Assembly: GCA_902778895.1 (NCBI GenBank)
Contig: CACYZF010000003.1
Span: 3,798 to 67,797, forward strand
Origin: an uncultured bacterium
GTDB taxonomy: Bacteria > Verrucomicrobiota > Lentisphaeria > Victivallales > UBA1829
DNA: 64,000 bases
Direction of reading: 5' to 3'
The notes under the pieces were generated by a model. The model was not told the origin of the DNA. It did not search any database and saw only the letters and a program-made list of their open reading frames with translations. The position numbers and the translations under genes are program-made. Of the stretch, positions 59,664 to 64,000 are shown one piece after another (position 1 is the stretch's first letter; every line of letters begins with the position of its first letter).

Positions 59664-61946
59664 TTACCAGTCCTTTTCCACACGGTTGTTCAGGCGGGCC
59701 GGACGCTGCAGGCGGTTGGCGTCCTTGTAGTCAAGTTCGTCTTTCGACATCATATCGAGAATGGCTTCCGCCTGCTGTTTTTCCATGTCGCCCATGTCCT
59801 GCGGCGCGTTCTGCATGTCGGACTGGTTCGGCTTTGCGTCGGGATGTTCCTGCTGGTCCTGTTCGCCCTGCGGCTGGTCCTGCTGGTTTTGTTCGCCCTG
59901 ATCGCCGCTTTTCTCGTCCTGTTCCTCCTGTTCGCCCTGTTGGTCCTGCTGACTCTGATTCAGCGTATCGAGCGCGTTTTTCAGGTGTTCCTCAGCCTTT
60001 TCGCCGTTGCCCTGTTCCTGTTCCTCGCGGGCCTTCTGAAGCTCTTCGCGCGCTTCCTGAGCGGCCTGTTTCTGGCGTTCCTGATTCATCTCGGACGCTT
60101 TCTGTTCCAGCTCGGAAACGGTATCTTCCGCCTGTTTCGTCTTGTCCTGCGCGGACTGCTGGTCCTGCTGTTGGTTCTGATCGCCGGATTGCTGCTGATC
60201 CTGAGAAGACTGCTGGTCCTGCTGTTGGTTCTGATCGTCGGACTGCTGCTGATCCTGAGAAGACTGCTGGTCCTGCTGTTGGTTCTGATCGTCGGACTGC
60301 TGCTGATCCTGTTGCTGATCCTGCTGATTCTCCTGCTGTTGCTGATCGTGCGCGTCCTGCGTCTGCTGACGCGCCTGTTCCATAAGCTTCTTCAGGTCTT
60401 CGATCTGCTTCTTCAACTCCTCGGCCTGTTTGCGGTCGGCGAGAAGGATCTGCTGATTGCGGATGACGGACGCGTCGCCGGCGGCGGAACGCATGCTTTC
60501 GCGATAAAGCTCCTCTGTCTGATTCAGCTTGGTCAACGCCTCTCCGACGGCTTTTTCGGCGGAGTTGAGGTCCTGCGCGTGAAGCTTTTCCACAGCGCCC
60601 TGCATGCTGGAACGCGCATCGAGGTGGGAGATCACGCCGATGTTCTGGTACGAGGAGGCGCGCACAAGCGGTTCCTTTTCGGAGGCGGCGATGGCGCGTT
60701 CATAGAACGAACGGGCCTTCTCGTTGTCCTGTTCGACCTGCTGCTGTTCCAGCCCGCTGTTGTAAAGCTCTGACGCCGATTTGACGGGTTCCGGCGCAGT
60801 TTGTTCCTCCCCGGGTTCCTCCGTCGCGGGCGCGGCGGCCTGTGACTGCTGAATTTGAACCGGAGCGGCGGCCTGCGCCCGGGATTCGTCCGGCACGGCA
60901 AAAAGCAGAAGTGCGGCAAGTGCGAGCACGGTCTGAACGGAACGCGGGCGCGTTTCGGAGACGCAGAAGAACAGCGCGAACAGAATGATCGCGGCTGTGA
61001 GCGGATAGGCGGGACGTTCGATGGGCCGAAACGAGGAAACAGCGTTTTCGCTCTCCTTACGGTCGAGCTGACGGATGCGGTTTTCGAGTTCGTCGATTCC
61101 GCTGTACGCGGCGGTGGAACGGATATAGATGCCGCCCGTACGGCGGGCAAGTTCGGTCAGCTGAGGTTCGTTCAGCGGGCTTTTGACCGGATTTCCCTCG
61201 CGGTCCGTGAGAATGCGGAGCGTGCCGTCCTCGTCCGGGACGCGGATGACCGCCGGATTCGACGGATCGCCGACGCCGACCGCGAAGATCGGGATCTGCG
61301 CTTTGGAAAGGTCATTGACAACCGATGCGCCGCGTCCGGTCAGTTCATCGCCGTCCGTCACGAGGACGACGGCCTTGTGCATGCCCTGCGCCCCCTGGAA
61401 CGCCCTGACGGCCTCTTCCAGTGCGAGCTGGACGTTCGTGCCGCCGACCGGGATCGTGTCGACGTCGAGATCGTCGACGAGCTGGATGAAGCTCGCCCGG
61501 TCCACGGTCAGCGGACAGACCAGGAAAGATTCGCCCGCGAACGCGATGAGGCCGAACCGGTCGCCCGGATTCTTCTTCACGATTTCGCGCACGAGCCACT
61601 TCGCATGGTCCATGCGGCTCGGCTTCACGTCGTCGGAGAGCATGCTTTTCGAAACGTCGAACACTACGAGCAGATCGCGTCCGGTGGAAGTATTGTGCAT
61701 GACCTGTTTGCCCCAGGACGGACGGGCGGCGGCAACGGCCAGGAGCAGCACGACGAGCATGAGCAGGATGATGCGGAAGACGCGTTTGCCGGGCGAAGCG
61801 TTGGAGAACCGGGCGGCGCGTTCGTCCGTACCGAACATTTTGAGCAGAAGTTTATTCCGGCGGACGGCGCCCGCGATGGCCAGAACGAGGATCAACGGGA
61901 TGATCCACAGTAAATTCCATAATATGCTGCCGTTGAGAAATGACAT
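59664..61946 (-). CDS. BatB-like VWA protein fused to BatC-like TPR and a Q/D-rich coiled/low-complexity C-terminus
   Basis: N-terminal TM pair plus VWA domain (LLVVFDVSKSMLSDD ... GGTNVQLALEEA ... VVLVTDGDE). TM helix. TPR-like (ARSFYERAIAASEKEPLVRASSYQNIG). Long QQ(D/S)Q repeats. Confidence 0.8.
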   Translation of the reverse strand: MSFLNGSILWNLLWIIPLILVLAIAGAVRRNKLLLKMFGTDERAARFSNASPGKRVFRIILLMLVVLLLAVAAARPSWGKQVMHNTSTGRDLLVVFDVSKSMLSDDVKPSRMDHAKWLVREIVKKNPGDRFGLIAFAGESFLVCPLTVDRASFIQLVDDLDVDTIPVGGTNVQLALEEAVRAFQGAQGMHKAVVLVTDGDELTGRGASVVNDLSKAQIPIFAVGVGDPSNPAVIRVPDEDGTLRILTDREGNPVKSPLNEPQLTELARRTGGIYIRSTAAYSGIDELENRIRQLDRKESENAVSSFRPIERPAYPLTAAIILFALFFCVSETRPRSVQTVLALAALLLFAVPDESRAQAAAPVQIQQSQAAAPATEEPGEEQTAPEPVKSASELYNSGLEQQQVEQDNEKARSFYERAIAASEKEPLVRASSYQNIGVISHLDARSSMQGAVEKLHAQDLNSAEKAVGEALTKLNQTEELYRESMRSAAGDASVIRNQQILLADRKQAEELKKQIEDLKKLMEQARQQTQDAHDQQQQENQQDQQQDQQQSDDQNQQQDQQSSQDQQQSDDQNQQQDQQSSQDQQQSGDQNQQQDQQSAQDKTKQAEDTVSELEQKASEMNQERQKQAAQEAREELQKAREEQEQGNGEKAEEHLKNALDTLNQSQQDQQGEQEEQDEKSGDQGEQNQQDQPQGEQDQQEHPDAKPNQSDMQNAPQDMGDMEKQQAEAILDMMSKDELDYKDANRLQRPARLNNRVEKDW
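60154..60311 (-). repeat. 54-nt in-frame tandem repeat (about 2.9 copies) encoding the QDQQQSDDQNQQQDQQSS unit
   Basis: Units 60154-60207, 60208-60261 and 60262-~60311 are nearly identical on the plus strand (GACTGCTGGTCCTGCTGTTGGTTCTGATCGTCGGACTGCTGCTGATCCTGAGAA). Confidence 0.85.
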
Positions 61947-62070
61947 GATGCAGTGCTTCCTTCGGGCGGTCGTTTCCGCCGTTGCATTGATGTTTCAGAT
62001 GTTTGGCGCCCGGCGTCCCATCGATATCTCCGAATCAAAGCGGTCGGGAATGCCCGCGGCGTCAAAACCT

Positions 62071-63465
62071 TTAGACACGCGGTTTCGCGGTTTGTTCCAT
62101 GCGGATCATCTTCTGGTCTGTAAATTTCCGGCACAATGCCTTGAACTGGTCGCCGCGGTCCTTATAATCGCGGAACATGTCCATGCTGGCTGTGGCGGGC
62201 GAGAGCAGCACGACGTCGCCGGACGACGCGGCGGCAGCGGCCTTTTCGACGGCCTCCGGGAACGTTCCGCACATGCAGAACGGGATGGCGTTCTTTTCGA
62301 GGTATGCGGCGATCTTCTGTCCGCAGGAACCGAAGACGACGGCGTGTTTGAGATATTTCATGCTCGGCGCAAGCTCCTCGAAATCCATCGCCTTGTCCAG
62401 TCCTCCGAGCAGGATGACCACGTTGTGATCTCCTCCGACCACGGCGAGCGCGGCATTCACAGCGTGCGGATTGGTTGCTTTGGAATCGTTGATGTACTGT
62501 ACGCCGTCCGCGGTCAGGAAACGCTCCAGCCTGTGCGGACCGGACTCGAATTGCTCAAGAGCGCCGATCACGGCCGGATCGAACACCGCGTCCTCACCCT
62601 GAACCGACGCGAGAAGCGCAAGCGCGGCAAGCGCGTTCTCCAGATTGTGGATGCCTTTCAGTCCGAGTTTTTCAATAGGAATAATGGAGCGTCCGCGAAA
62701 ACTCAGAAAACCATTCTGCACCGTGAAATCGGCAGGCAGATTCGCTGAGAAAGAGTAGAATTTTTGTTCAGAAGCGGCGGGCCGGAAACGGTCGAGGATA
62801 AGCGAATTCACCACGCAGACGGCGGCGGGATCGCCGAGCAGTTTGAATTTCGCGGCGGTGTACGCCTCCATGCTGCCGTGACGGTCGATGTGATCGGACG
62901 CGAGGTTCAGGACGGCAGCGGCCGCCGGATGCGGCACGGGCATGATCTCGAGCTGGAACGAGCTGATCTCGACGACCGGGAGGTCGAGCTTGCCGTCGAG
63001 ACAGTCGATCGCCGCGTCGCTCATTGCGTAGCCGTTGTTGCCGCAGGCGCACGCCCGGACTCCGGCGGCGCGGAAAAGCCCGGCGGTCAGCTCAGTCGTA
63101 GTCGTCTTGCCGTTGGTCCCCGTGATGCCGACGAAGGGTTTTCCACAGGCTCCGAGCGCAAATTCGAGCTCGCCGACAAGACGGCCGGAGACCTCGGCGA
63201 GTTTCGCCCGGACGGGGTTTCCGGCACGGAATCCGGGGCTTAATACAGTACATTCAAAATGGGGGAGTTCGTCTTGCGCGCGGAATCCGAAATAAACGGC
63301 TTCGGGTTGTTTCGGGAGGGATGCGGCAAACGCCCGCAGGGAATCGTTGTCCTGTTCGTCAAGCAAAGCGAACGGAATACCGAGGCAGGCGGCGAGGCGG
63401 GCGGCGGCGCGTCCGCTGACCCCGCATCCGGCAATGAGCGTCATGCCGCTGAATTCACTTGTCAT
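62071..63465 (-). CDS. murD: UDP-N-acetylmuramoylalanine--D-glutamate ligase
   Basis: 464 aa. GCGVSGRAAARL N-terminal Rossmann motif and GITGTNGKTTTTEL P-loop. C-terminal domain typical of Mur ligases. Confidence 0.9.
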   Translation of the reverse strand: MTSEFSGMTLIAGCGVSGRAAARLAACLGIPFALLDEQDNDSLRAFAASLPKQPEAVYFGFRAQDELPHFECTVLSPGFRAGNPVRAKLAEVSGRLVGELEFALGACGKPFVGITGTNGKTTTTELTAGLFRAAGVRACACGNNGYAMSDAAIDCLDGKLDLPVVEISSFQLEIMPVPHPAAAAVLNLASDHIDRHGSMEAYTAAKFKLLGDPAAVCVVNSLILDRFRPAASEQKFYSFSANLPADFTVQNGFLSFRGRSIIPIEKLGLKGIHNLENALAALALLASVQGEDAVFDPAVIGALEQFESGPHRLERFLTADGVQYINDSKATNPHAVNAALAVVGGDHNVVILLGGLDKAMDFEELAPSMKYLKHAVVFGSCGQKIAAYLEKNAIPFCMCGTFPEAVEKAAAAASSGDVVLLSPATASMDMFRDYKDRGDQFKALCRKFTDQKMIRMEQTAKPRV

Positions 63466-64000
63466 AAGTCATTTTCCTTCATGAGGACCGGATCACGCCT
63501 GAACCAAGTATGCAGATCGAGGTCCTGATTCTTGTAGATGGTTTCGAGGTCTTCCGGCCCGAGATGCCGGTACTCCATAAGCTGGTCAAGACGTTCCCGC
63601 ACGGCGTCGGCCGCACCGCGGCTGCCGAGACGTTCGTAGACGTCCGCGAGCATGAGAAGCGGCAGTACGGACCGCGGACGCAGATTCATGACGCGTTTGA
63701 GAAACGGCACGGCGTCCGCGGGGTGTCCGCCGATCACGCAGGCCCTGGCGAAATAGTCGTTGACGTAACCGAAGTCGGGCGTGCTGCTCGCGGCGAACAT
63801 GACGTAATAGCGCGAGGCATGCGCCGTGTCGTAAAGCGAAGCATGGTTGAGCGCGCGGGATTTGAGCGGCAGGCCGGAGCCGGGCATGGACGCCGCCATG
63901 AGGTAAAGCCGGGCCGCTTCGTCATGCCTGCCCTCCAGCGCGACGTTGTCCGCATGCCAGGCGATGGATTCCGCCGCAAGATTGCTGAATGCGGAAACGA
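63462..64000 (-). CDS. helical-repeat (TPR-like) hypothetical protein, N-terminus beyond window edge
   Basis: The frame stays open upstream of the listed Met to nt 64000 (...SAFSNLAAESIAWHADNVALEGRHDEAARLYLMAASMPG...). The stop overlaps the murD start (ATGA). Confidence 0.55.
   Translation of the reverse strand, partial: VSAFSNLAAESIAWHADNVALEGRHDEAARLYLMAASMPGSGLPLKSRALNHASLYDTAHASRYYVMFAASSTPDFGYVNDYFARACVIGGHPADAVPFLKRVMNLRPRSVLPLLMLADVYERLGSRGAADAVRERLDQLMEYRHLGPEDLETIYKNQDLDLHTWFRRDPVLMKENDL

Noticed and set aside
59232-60773. 513 aa Leu-rich ORF (LLLILLILLLLL...) resembling a polytopic membrane protein
   Set aside because: It is the antisense reading of the CAG/CAA-rich Q-tract of the BatB/C-like gene (CTG = Leu). 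The minus-strand gene has VWA and TPR motifs.
1-64000. Scan of all intergenic regions over 100 nt for tRNA, rRNA, tmRNA, RNase P, SRP or 6S RNA genes
   Set aside because: No cloverleaf-compatible sequences or conserved RNA motifs were recognised by eye. Only the TPP riboswitch was identifiable. tRNAscan/Infernal would be needed to be definitive.

Overview
GC-rich, gene-dense bacterial chromosomal segment with about 55 supportable protein genes on both strands and no rRNA, tRNA, CRISPR, transposase or integrase. A DUF1559-type prepilin-like gene, several GT-C-like membrane proteins, large secreted glycoside hydrolases and fused Bat-type genes suggest a PVC-group organism (Lentisphaerota/Kiritimatiellota/Verrucomicrobiota-like); this is inference only. 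Housekeeping content: exbD; an esterase lipoprotein; a Kv-type K+ channel; queC-queE-folE; an Aas-like acyltransferase/acyl-ACP synthetase; a GT39-like glycosyltransferase; hisG; rpmJ-rpsM-rpsK-rpoA-rplQ; a TPP-riboswitch-controlled thiC-thiM-thiE(HAD fusion)-thiD operon; a hybrid sensor kinase; an aminotransferase; rsmE; thyX; a MATE exporter; a GH3 and a GH95 glycosidase; fused BatB/C and BatD/E genes; murD. Most unusual content: (1) at 12.5-19.7 kb, five tandem paralogous lipoproteins plus one decayed copy. Their lipobox end and YceK/YidQ-like C-terminal motif are separated by a ~250 aa variable insert. The array carries duplicated promoter modules and a low-GC MNT/HEPN toxin-antitoxin cassette flanked by 19-bp direct repeats; its HEPN gene is frameshifted in an A-run and fused to a second, degenerate MNT domain. 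(2) at 45.9-49.6 kb, two translationally coupled divergent secretin paralogs plus a small lipoprotein, with no ATPase, platform or pilin partners nearby. (3) a glycine-rich RGG/FGG low-complexity module present both as the C-terminal tail of a Tat-signal aldo/keto reductase-ferredoxin and as an insertion in the N-terminal domain of the GH95 enzyme. The many very long ORFs antisense to these genes are treated as GC-rich artefacts.
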